Below the pieces are notes generated by a model that worked only from the letters and a program-made list of their open reading frames with translations, was not told where the DNA came from and did no database searches. This document shows positions 56,592 through 64,000 of a stretch of DNA of 64,000 bases, one piece after another. The position numbers and the translations under genes are program-made. Location of the stretch: positions 1,755 through 65,754 of the forward strand of contig JAZDPX010000014.1 in the NCBI GenBank assembly GCA_043797125.1, written 5' to 3'. The stretch comes from Candidatus Omnitrophota bacterium (lineage in GTDB: Bacteria > Omnitrophota > Gorgyraeia > JABMRG01 > JAFGKX01). Every line of letters starts with the position of its first letter. The stretch's first letter is position 1.

Positions 56592-57310
56592 ACAAACCCG
56601 CCTATAAACGCGTAGTCCTTAAACTTAGCGGCGAAGCGCTTCAAGGTAAAAAAGGGTATGGCATTGATACCGATGTAACAAATGCCATCGCCCAGCAAAT
56701 AAAAGAGGTCCACAGCTTAAAAGTCCAGATAGCCGTAGTAATCGGCGGCGGCAATATTTTTAGAGGCGAGAAAGCATCCATAGGAGGAATGGACCGCTCG
56801 ACCGCAGATTACATGGGGATGCTCGCGACCGTAATAAACGGAATGGCTTTGCAGGATTCATTAGAAAAAGCAGGGGTATTTACCAGGATACAGACTGCCA
56901 TAGACATGAGGCAGTTGGCAGAGCCTTATATAAGGCGCAGGGCCATAAGGCACTTAGAAAAAAACAGGGTGGTCATCTTTGTGTGCGGCACTGGAAATCC
57001 TTATTTTACCACAGATACAACTGCCGCGCTAAGAGGCGCTGAAATAGGCGCTGATGTAATATTAAAAGCAACCAAGGTCGACGGAGTTTATTCGAAAGAC
57101 CCGATGAAGGACAAAGGCGCAAAGAGATTTAAACAGCTCACTTATATCGACGCGCTTAAAAAAAGGCTTAAGGTCATGGATTCCACAGCCATAAGCCTGT
57201 GCATGGAAAATAATTTACCTGTTATTGTATTTAATCTATTTCAAAAAGGAAACATAAAAAAAGTAATACTGGGCCATAACATAGGCACTACTATAAGAGG
57301 GAGGCAATAA
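56588..57310 (+). CDS. pyrH: Uridylate kinase
   Basis: [35 protein letters not shown]. Confidence 0.97.
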   Translation: MNKPAYKRVVLKLSGEALQGKKGYGIDTDVTNAIAQQIKEVHSLKVQIAVVIGGGNIFRGEKASIGGMDRSTADYMGMLATVINGMALQDSLEKAGVFTRIQTAIDMRQLAEPYIRRRAIRHLEKNRVVIFVCGTGNPYFTTDTTAALRGAEIGADVILKATKVDGVYSKDPMKDKGAKRFKQLTYIDALKKRLKVMDSTAISLCMENNLPVIVFNLFQKGNIKKVILGHNIGTTIRGRQ

Positions 57311-57311
57311 C

Positions 57312-57875
57312 ATGACTCCTGTGCAAGAGGTTATTAAAGACGCGAGAGAAAAAATGGAAAAGGCGCTTTTTGCAGCAAAGCGCGAATTTGGTACTATAAG
57401 GACAGGCAGGGCATCTTCAACCCTGGTAGAGGGTATACACGTTGATTATTACGGGGTAGCTACGCCTCTTAAGCAACTGGCCACGATTTCTGTTCCTGAC
57501 GTGAAACTCATAATTATACACCCATGGGACCAATCATGCATCAAAGCTGTTGAAAAGGCCATTTCCGAAAGCCCGCTGGGTATTATGCCGTCAAACGACG
57601 GAAAAGTTATCCGCATCAGCATACCCGCCCTTTCAGAAGAAAGAAGGCAGGAGTTTATTAAAGTTACCAAGAAAATGGCGGAAGACGGCAGGGTTTCGAT
57701 AAGGACCGTAAGAAGAGACGCTATTAATCACGTAAGGCAGCTTGAAAAAGACGCAAAGGCAACTGAGGATGATAGGTTTAATACAGAGAAAGAACTGCAA
57801 GAATTGACTGATAAATATATCAAGCAGGTAGATGAAATTCTTAAGCACAAAGAACAAGAATTGCTAGAAGTATAA
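57312..57875 (+). CDS. frr: Ribosome recycling factor
   Basis: IRTGRAS, VDYYG, NDGKVIRI.IP.LSEERR, IRTVRRDA. Confidence 0.96.
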   Translation: MTPVQEVIKDAREKMEKALFAAKREFGTIRTGRASSTLVEGIHVDYYGVATPLKQLATISVPDVKLIIIHPWDQSCIKAVEKAISESPLGIMPSNDGKVIRISIPALSEERRQEFIKVTKKMAEDGRVSIRTVRRDAINHVRQLEKDAKATEDDRFNTEKELQELTDKYIKQVDEILKHKEQELLEV

Positions 57876-57883
57876 AAATATGT

Positions 57884-57959
57884 GCCCCGCTAACTCATCT
57901 GGTAGAGTAACGCCCTTTTAAGGCGTGAGTGGCAGGTTCGAGTCCTGCGCGGGGTACCA
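57884..57959 (+). tRNA. tRNA-Lys (anticodon TTT)
   Basis: Acceptor gccccgc/gcggggt, D arm actc/gagt, acgcc-ctTTTaa-ggcgt, gcagg-ttcgagt-cctgc, encoded CCA. Confidence 0.95.
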
Positions 57960-58050
57960 AAGTTTGCAAAGCAAACTTTGTCCCGAACAATGCGACGAAT
58001 AGAAGCATTGGAGGGGCATGAACTCATATTTTATAAACACAGGAGGTAAA

Positions 58051-58248
58051 ATGGAAGAAAAGCTGAGCAAATGCCCTTTATGCGGCGAAACTTTAGAATT
58101 AGATGAAGATTTGGAAGTCGGTGACACGCTATATTGCACAGGCTGCGATGAAGAATTAAAGATAGTCTCGCTTAGCCCTGTTCAACTGGAAGAAGCTACA
58201 GAGCCTTTAGAAGATTATGGCGACGATATTAATTATGACGAGCAATAA
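58051..58248 (+). CDS. LysW-like acidic zinc-ribbon protein
   Basis: CPLCG..LEL....VGD..YCTGC..ELKIVSLSPVQLE...EDYGD; strong AGGAGG RBS before ATG 58051. Confidence 0.75.
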   Translation: MEEKLSKCPLCGETLELDEDLEVGDTLYCTGCDEELKIVSLSPVQLEEATEPLEDYGDDINYDEQ

Positions 58249-58254
58249 CTAAAA

Positions 58255-58319
58255 GTCCGCCTGCGGGCGAGACAGGTCCGCCTTGCGGCGAGAGACAGGC
58301 TTGCCTACCGGCAGGCAGG
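58255..58319. repeat. Tandem short palindromic elements
   Basis: gtccgcc...gagacag twice, then cttgcctaccggcaggcagg (58300-58319), a 2-mismatch copy of the element inside the tRNA-Gln duplicate. Confidence 0.7.
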
Positions 58320-58328
58320 GAGGAAAAC

Positions 58329-58739
58329 ATGTTAAGGAATTTTTTAGTTGTTTTATTAATTTGCGTTTCTAGCCTTATTTTGGCAGGCGCAAGCATGGCG
58401 CAGGATGAGGAAGTCGCTGCACAGGAAGCTGTTACACAGGAAGCTGCGGCGCAGGAAGTAGTGAAAGGAACGATCGGCGAAATTGCCGCAGACTCAAGCT
58501 ATATAATGGTTGACGCAACAAAGATATTAACCACGCCGGAATTTTTGGAAGATTCTTATTTGGAAGTCGGGGATAAGGTCGAAGTTATTGTTACAAAAAC
58601 AGAGCAGGGATTAAGCGCAGTCGATTATGATTACATATATGACGACGAAGAAACTGAAGAAGACATGGGCGCTATGGAAGACATGACGGAAGATGCCCAA
58701 GAAGGCACAATAGAAAAAACAGAGGATGATTTAGAATAG
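58329..58739 (+). CDS. Secreted acidic hypothetical protein (small beta-barrel-like core)
   Basis: Signal peptide ...ASMA, VKGTIGEI...LEVGDKVEV pattern, D/E-rich tail. Confidence 0.7.
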   Translation: MLRNFLVVLLICVSSLILAGASMAQDEEVAAQEAVTQEAAAQEVVKGTIGEIAADSSYIMVDATKILTTPEFLEDSYLEVGDKVEVIVTKTEQGLSAVDYDYIYDDEETEEDMGAMEDMTEDAQEGTIEKTEDDLE

Positions 58740-58758
58740 GGTTATTTTATAACAAAAC

Positions 58759-58807
58759 AGCACCCCCGGTTTGTAAAAATACAAATTCGAGGGTGCTTTC
58801 TTTTTTA
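58759..58807 (+). terminator. Probable intrinsic terminator
   Basis: agcaccc...tttgta/tacaaa...gggtgct hairpin followed by a T-run. Confidence 0.55.
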
Positions 58808-58880
58808 TATTAATCTTGCTCAAAGAGCGGCCTTGTTGTATTATAATATTGTATGTAAGTATTAAAAGGAGGGCGCTGCC

Positions 58881-59234
58881 ATGAGCAGAAAAAGGATTCT
58901 TGTAGTTGATGACGAAAAGGCCTGTTGTGAACTCCTAAAGGACTATTTTGTAAAACAAAACTTTATTGTAGATGTAGTTTCCGACGGAAAAGAGGCGCAA
59001 AGCCTCCTCCAAAACAACAAATACGAATATATAATCTTTGATTACAGCATGCCGTGCTTTTCCGGAGCTGATTTGGCAGAGGTAATAGCGGAGAAAAACC
59101 CGCAAGCTAAAAAAATCCTTATATCCGGCTATGACCTTGCCAACGATGAGGTTGCGCAGGATATAGGCGCGGACGTATTCCTTCGCAAGCCATTTGTCAT
59201 GGAAGACCTCGGCGCGATAGTAAAAGATGAATAA
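58881..59234 (+). CDS. Single-domain response regulator (receiver only)
   Basis: ILVVDDE, IIFDYSMP..SG, LISG, FLRKPF. Confidence 0.9.
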   Translation: MSRKRILVVDDEKACCELLKDYFVKQNFIVDVVSDGKEAQSLLQNNKYEYIIFDYSMPCFSGADLAEVIAEKNPQAKKILISGYDLANDEVAQDIGADVFLRKPFVMEDLGAIVKDE

Positions 59235-59931
59235 TTATACACTTTTAAGTGTTTTAATCCCAACGTATAATGAAGAAGAAATGATCGCAAAGGCCATAAA
59301 AAGAACCCTTGATGCGGTTCCCGGAGCCGAAATAGTAGTGGTCGATGATGGAAGTACGGATCAAACTATTTCTGTAGTTGAAGGCCTAAACCTGCCTGCC
59401 GTAAAAATAATAAAGACATCTGAAAATAAAGGCAAAGGCGCTGCTGTGAAAGAAGGCGTTAAATATATATCGAGGCCCATAACAGTTCAGATAGACGCTG
59501 ACCTGCAGTTTCTTCCTGAGGAGATACCTGACTTGATCGAGCCCATATCAAAAGGCAGCTCAGATATTGTTTTTGGCTCAAGATATCTAAATCCTAAGAC
59601 AATAGAAAGAGATTCTGTTTCGCCGATTAAGAGAATGGCGAGTTTGGTCACTTCTGTTTTGATTTCATGTTTATGTTTTAAACGCTATACTGATGTTTTT
59701 GCGGGCATGAAAGCGTGGAAATCACAGGTGATGCGCGATATTGATTTAAAAATTGATAATTTTGGTTATGAAGCCGAAATAGCCATAATGGCTAAAAAGA
59801 AAAGATATAGAATAATAGAGCTTCCGATTAGCTATAAGAAGAGAGCGTTGGGAGAGTCAAAAATAAGAATCGCAAGAGATACTTTTAAAGTTCTAAAAGC
59901 TATTTTTAGAACGGTTGTTTTCAGGGCTTAG
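59227..59931 (+). CDS. GT2 glycosyltransferase (polyprenol-phosphate sugar synthase-like)
   Basis: SVLIPTYNE, VVDDGSTD, NKGKGAAV, QIDADLQ, VFGSRY. Confidence 0.9.
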   Translation: MNNYTLLSVLIPTYNEEEMIAKAIKRTLDAVPGAEIVVVDDGSTDQTISVVEGLNLPAVKIIKTSENKGKGAAVKEGVKYISRPITVQIDADLQFLPEEIPDLIEPISKGSSDIVFGSRYLNPKTIERDSVSPIKRMASLVTSVLISCLCFKRYTDVFAGMKAWKSQVMRDIDLKIDNFGYEAEIAIMAKKKRYRIIELPISYKKRALGESKIRIARDTFKVLKAIFRTVVFRA

Positions 59932-59946
59932 GTATTGATTTTAAAT

Positions 59947-60846
59947 ATGGCACAAAGAGAACTGGAAGATATAAGCTGCAATTTTTGCAATTCCAAAAAC
60001 AATAAGACGATATACAAAGGCAGGTTTAATAAGCCATATTGCGAAGAAATGTTTTATCCTACCTCGGCAAGCTTTAAAACGGAAAATATAGTAAAATGTA
60101 AAAATTGTAGTCTAATTTTTACCAATCCCCGGCTTAAATCTGACCTATTGCTTAAATTTTATTCTGAGGGTCGGGATATTGATTATATTAAGCAGCAACA
60201 AGAGAGAACTCAAGTCTTCCGTAACGTAATAAAATATATTGAGAGTTTTTGTCCGGGCGGCAGAATGCTAGATATTGGTTGCGGAGCAGGTTTTTTGCTT
60301 TCCGCTGCCGCGGCAAAAGGCTGGGATGCGAAAGGAATAGAATTAAACAAATTTTTTGCAGATTTTGCAAGGGAAAGGTTAAAAATTAATGTAATAGGCG
60401 AAACAGCAGAAAAGGTAGATTTAGAACCTGATTATTTTGACGTTATTACAATGTGGGATTCATTAGAACACCTATTAGATCCCTATCTAGTGCTTTCAAA
60501 GGCCCATAGATGGCTTAAAAAAGGCGGTTACATATTTATTAATACGCCAGATATCAACTCTATTTTAGCCAAAATTTTCAAAAGCAAATGGTGGTTCATA
60601 GAGTCAATGCATTTGTACTACTTTAACCCTCAAATGATAAATATGTATTTTAAAAAAATTGGCTTTGAGTATTTGCAGAAAAAATCTCATATCCAAACTC
60701 TAAAACTATGTTATTTAGCTTCTAAGATAAAGCCATATTCAAAGCCTGCTTATAAAACAATAAATGCTGTTATAAGATTTATGAGGCTAGCAGATCTTAA
60801 TATTTCGTATTACGCAGGTCAGATTATTGTTATAGGACGGAAATAG
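59947..60846 (+). CDS. Class I SAM-dependent methyltransferase with N-terminal zinc-binding motif
   Basis: CNFC...CKNC, LDIGCGAG, FDVITMWDSLEHL.DP, LKKGG. Confidence 0.88.
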   Translation: MAQRELEDISCNFCNSKNNKTIYKGRFNKPYCEEMFYPTSASFKTENIVKCKNCSLIFTNPRLKSDLLLKFYSEGRDIDYIKQQQERTQVFRNVIKYIESFCPGGRMLDIGCGAGFLLSAAAAKGWDAKGIELNKFFADFARERLKINVIGETAEKVDLEPDYFDVITMWDSLEHLLDPYLVLSKAHRWLKKGGYIFINTPDINSILAKIFKSKWWFIESMHLYYFNPQMINMYFKKIGFEYLQKKSHIQTLKLCYLASKIKPYSKPAYKTINAVIRFMRLADLNISYYAGQIIVIGRK

Positions 60847-61949
60847 TGCTGTATCGTTCTAAAAATATAAACATATTATTTGAAGTCTTTTTTCTGGCAG
60901 TATTGCCACGGCTGCTTCTTATTGTCGTAAGCCTTTATGTATTTAAAATATCTTTTTTGCAATATACCATTGCAAGAGACGGCTCAGGCTATATAGCTCT
61001 TTCAAACGCCTTTTCCAGATTTGATATTTTGGATGTGAAAAAATTTGATACCAGACTTTTTCCTGGCTACCCGTTTCTAATGAGTATTTCGGGAAAATTC
61101 ATCGACTTTGGCGTAAGCGGGGTTATAATTAGTATAATATGCGCCTTTTTAGCGTGCTATCTCTACTTTTTGATTTTTAAGGACAAAACAACAACGAGGT
61201 TTTTTTGCTTGCTGCCCCCGGCATGGCTTATGAACACAACGTTAGTAATGACTGAGGGTTTGTCGATGGCTCTTATTTTGGGGTCATTGTATTTATTTTT
61301 TAGAAATAAACACATAAGCGCCTTATTGATTGCAGCCTTTGGAATAATAGTTAAGCCCGTTATTGTTTTTTTGTTTGCAATATACCTTCTGTTCTTGGCA
61401 AAAGATAAATCGTATAAAAAGCTTATTTTCGGCATTTGTTTATGCCTGCTTTTACTCTATTCTTATATGGTTTTTTGCAAGTACACATTCGGTGATATGC
61501 TCATAAATTACAATATATACAGGCACGCTTGGAGTTATGGCAGCTCAAAAATTTTTGTGCTGCCATATGCAGACATAATTAAAAACATTTTTGTCGCCGG
61601 CAGCTCTTTTTACAAAATTGAATTATGGAAAAAAACGTACATAATTTTTAATATATTATTTTTCATTACAGGCCTCTTTTTCCTCATAAGGATGTTTAAG
61701 GAGAGACGCGATAGGCTGTCATTTTTTTCGCTTTTATGGTGCATTGTTATTTTTATATTTGCCGGCTCGCTAGGAGGATGGAGCGGTTTTCATTGCTATG
61801 ATAGATATATATTACCCGCAATGCCGTTTTTATTCTACAGCATGAAGGACTTGTTCCCCAAAGGAAACATTACCCTATTTATAGCATTTATTATAAGCAT
61901 AGCTTGTTCATTAGCAGGAAATATGCACAGCTTTGCAATTTTTCGTTAA
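60846..61949 (+). CDS. Multi-TM GT-C-like glycosyltransferase
   Basis: About 10 hydrophobic segments; RDGSGY, LFPGYP, MTEGL, DRYILP resemble PIG-V/ArnT-type GT-C motifs. Confidence 0.65.
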   Translation: MLYRSKNINILFEVFFLAVLPRLLLIVVSLYVFKISFLQYTIARDGSGYIALSNAFSRFDILDVKKFDTRLFPGYPFLMSISGKFIDFGVSGVIISIICAFLACYLYFLIFKDKTTTRFFCLLPPAWLMNTTLVMTEGLSMALILGSLYLFFRNKHISALLIAAFGIIVKPVIVFLFAIYLLFLAKDKSYKKLIFGICLCLLLLYSYMVFCKYTFGDMLINYNIYRHAWSYGSSKIFVLPYADIIKNIFVAGSSFYKIELWKKTYIIFNILFFITGLFFLIRMFKERRDRLSFFSLLWCIVIFIFAGSLGGWSGFHCYDRYILPAMPFLFYSMKDLFPKGNITLFIAFIISIACSLAGNMHSFAIFR

Positions 61950-61969
61950 TCTCTTTTCGCTTGATAGCA

Positions 61970-62386
61970 ATGAAAAACTATGAATTTTTAGAACATACTG
62001 CCGATTTTGGTATTAGAGTCTGGGGCAAAACACAAACAGAACTTTTCACTAATGCAGCAACTGGTATGTTCGAATACATTACAGATATATCCAAAGTTAA
62101 GCCAACCAAGACCATTGCCATGGAATTAGAATCAGATGACAGAAATGGGCTTCTGAAGGACTGGCTTTCTGAATTGCTTTATTACTGTAATGTTAAAAAC
62201 ATGCTTTTTTGCGAGTTTAAAATAGATGCAATAGACGATAAACGTATAGAATGCGAGCTTAAAGGCGAGCGAATAGATAAAAGCACATACAAATTGAATC
62301 ATGAAGTAAAGGCAGTGACCTTTCATAATTTGAATATAGAAGAAAAAGAAGGGCTATTGACGACCGAGATAATATTTGATGTATAG
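61970..62386 (+). CDS. Archease
   Basis: YEFLEHTADFG...LF.NAA, DWLSELLY, EVKAVTFH, IFDV C-terminus. Confidence 0.93.
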   Translation: MKNYEFLEHTADFGIRVWGKTQTELFTNAATGMFEYITDISKVKPTKTIAMELESDDRNGLLKDWLSELLYYCNVKNMLFCEFKIDAIDDKRIECELKGERIDKSTYKLNHEVKAVTFHNLNIEEKEGLLTTEIIFDV

Positions 62387-63830
62387 CGGGCCATTAGAAA
62401 AAATAGACGATTACCGATGGCGGATACCCAAAAATAGCCAGGTTGGTATGCGCGTTGACGGTGTAATATACGCAAGCGATAAACTAATCCAGCAGATAAA
62501 GTCAGATAACGCGCTCCAGCAAGTTGCCAATGTAGCGACTTTGCCCGGAATTGTAAAATATTCCCTTGCCATGCCTGATATTCATTGGGGTTATGGCATG
62601 GCAATTGGTGGTGTTGCAGCAACTGATATTGAAAGAGATGGAGTAATTGCGCCTGGCGGAATTGGTTTTGACATAAATTGCGGCCTGCGTTTAGTTAAAA
62701 CAAATTTATTTGAAAAAGACATCGAAAAAAAGAAAAAAGATATAACATATGCGTTATATAATAATATTCCCGCAGGTGTGGGTTCGGAAGGAAAGATAAA
62801 AGTATCTGATAAGGAGCAAAGGCAGATTTTGCTAAAAGGCGCAAAATGGGCGCTATCCAAAGGATACGCAACGCAAAGCGATATTGAACATACAGAAGAA
62901 CAAGGCGCCATGGAAGGCGCTGATCCCGACGCTGTATCAGATAGGGCATACGAGCGAGGCAGGGCGCAATCAGGAACGCTTGGTTCAGGCAATCATTTTG
63001 TAGAAGTGCAGGCAGTAACTGATATTTACGATAAAGAGGCGGCAAATATTTTTGGTCTTGAGAAAAGCCAGATAACAATTATGATACATTCAGGCTCGCG
63101 AGGTTTTGGTTATCAGATATGTGATGAGTATTCCAGGAGCATGGTAAAGACGCTTTCAAAATACGGCATAAGCGTTCCTGATAGACAATTAGCTTGCGCG
63201 CCTGTAACTTCAGAAGACGGACAGAGGTATTTAGGCGCTATGAAATGTGCTGCTAATTATGCGTGGAATAACCGTCAGTGCCTTATGTATTTAGTAAGGC
63301 TCACATTTGAGAAGCTATTTAGCCAGAGCTGGCAGAATCTCGGAATGAGTTTAATATATGATGTTGCGCATAACATAGCCAAGATAGAAAAGCATAATGT
63401 GGATGGAAAAGAAATAACTGTTTGTGTGCATAGAAAAGGCGCTACAAGGGCATTTGGGCCAGGCAGCAGAGACATCCCTGATGTCTACAAAAAAATGGGC
63501 CAGCCTATAATTATCCCCGGGGATATGGGCAGAAGTTCATATCTGCTTGTTGGTACGCAAAAGGCAATGGATGAAACATTTGGCTCAACCTGCCATGGGG
63601 CAGGCCGTTGTTTATCCAGGACTGCGGCAATAGCAAAGTGCAACGTAAACCAGCTAAAGAAAGAATTAGAAGAAAAGGGCATCGTAGTAATGGCAGCCGG
63701 CAAAGGTACTATCGCGGAAGAGGCACCAATGGCTTACAAGGATGTGGACAAAGTCGTGGATGTGGTGCACAATGCAGGTATATCCAAGCGAGTATGCAGG
63801 ATGAAGCCGCTGTGTGTATTAAAAGGATAA
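62379..63830 (+). CDS. rtcB: RNA-splicing/repair ligase RtcB
   Basis: MPDIHWGYG, GFDINCG, GTLGSGNHF.E, HSGSRG, YDVAHN, HRKGAT, STCHGAGR. Confidence 0.96.
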   Translation: MYSGPLEKIDDYRWRIPKNSQVGMRVDGVIYASDKLIQQIKSDNALQQVANVATLPGIVKYSLAMPDIHWGYGMAIGGVAATDIERDGVIAPGGIGFDINCGLRLVKTNLFEKDIEKKKKDITYALYNNIPAGVGSEGKIKVSDKEQRQILLKGAKWALSKGYATQSDIEHTEEQGAMEGADPDAVSDRAYERGRAQSGTLGSGNHFVEVQAVTDIYDKEAANIFGLEKSQITIMIHSGSRGFGYQICDEYSRSMVKTLSKYGISVPDRQLACAPVTSEDGQRYLGAMKCAANYAWNNRQCLMYLVRLTFEKLFSQSWQNLGMSLIYDVAHNIAKIEKHNVDGKEITVCVHRKGATRAFGPGSRDIPDVYKKMGQPIIIPGDMGRSSYLLVGTQKAMDETFGSTCHGAGRCLSRTAAIAKCNVNQLKKELEEKGIVVMAAGKGTIAEEAPMAYKDVDKVVDVVHNAGISKRVCRMKPLCVLKG

Positions 63831-63930
63831 CCCGCCTTCGTGTGGGTTGTAGTTCAGAATAGATAGCCTTCGGCGGGTTATCCGCCGTACGTTATCTACG
63901 CCGAAGTTCAAAAGCAAGGAAGGCGGATAA
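63825..63930. repeat. Two overlapping palindromic elements between rtcB and serS
   Basis: ggataacccgcc (63825-36) pairs with ggcgggttatcc (63872-83); ttatccgcc (63878-86) pairs with ggcggataa (63922-30). Confidence 0.6.
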
Positions 63931-63939
63931 GGAGAGGTC

Positions 63940-64000
63940 ATGTTAGATATTAAGTTTATCAGAGAAAATACGGAAGCAGTTAAGAAAGGCCTGAAAGACA
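63940..64000 (+). CDS. serS: Serine-tRNA ligase, N-terminal fragment (runs off the window)
   Basis: MLDIKFIRENTEAVKKGLKD after an AAGGAG RBS; typical SerRS N-terminus. Confidence 0.8.
   Translation, partial: MLDIKFIRENTEAVKKGLKD

Noticed and set aside
1-64000. Alternative genetic code or stop-codon recoding
   Set aside because: Conserved genes end at the expected positions with TGA (hisG, rplI, msbA), TAG and TAA, and no conserved gene is interrupted.

Overview
Bacterial chromosomal window from a diderm (LPS and BamA genes present, standard genetic code). A PVC-superphylum origin, most likely Omnitrophota, is an inference from the giant repeat protein, the zinc-ribbon SpoVG, the fused lpxC-fabZ and the archease-rtcB pair. 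Bases 1-19918 are the 3' part of a giant surface protein of more than 6600 aa, with a 7-blade SBBP propeller and long mosaic repeat modules. The best candidate for an undescribed system is the tandem trio at 20512-25736. These three signal-peptide proteins share an N-terminal LRPMA motif and a C-terminal AFxECA-stop motif. Between the motifs sit shuffled enzyme domains that need cytoplasmic cofactors: histidine-kinase ATPase, atypical protein kinases, YrbL-like kinase, putative nucleotidyltransferase and GNAT. This looks like a modular exported effector family. The rest is housekeeping: hisG, bS22-like, split transketolase interrupted by an FtsH-like gene and a lipoprotein gene, ispE-spoVG-tRNA-Gln-clpX-glmU-prs-rplY-pth-rpsF-ssb-rpsR-rplI-dnaB, bamA-skp-lpxD-lpxC/fabZ-lpxI (no lpxA), nadE-glnA, inverted gfo-lpxB, msbA, rpsB-tsf-pyrH-frr, tRNA-Lys, a LysW-like gene, a glycosylation module, archease-rtcB and the start of serS. 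Intergenic DNA holds many 7-nt-period tandem repeats and short palindromic (REP-like) elements. One palindrome sits exactly inside a duplicated tRNA-Gln. All calls are by eye; no searches were run.
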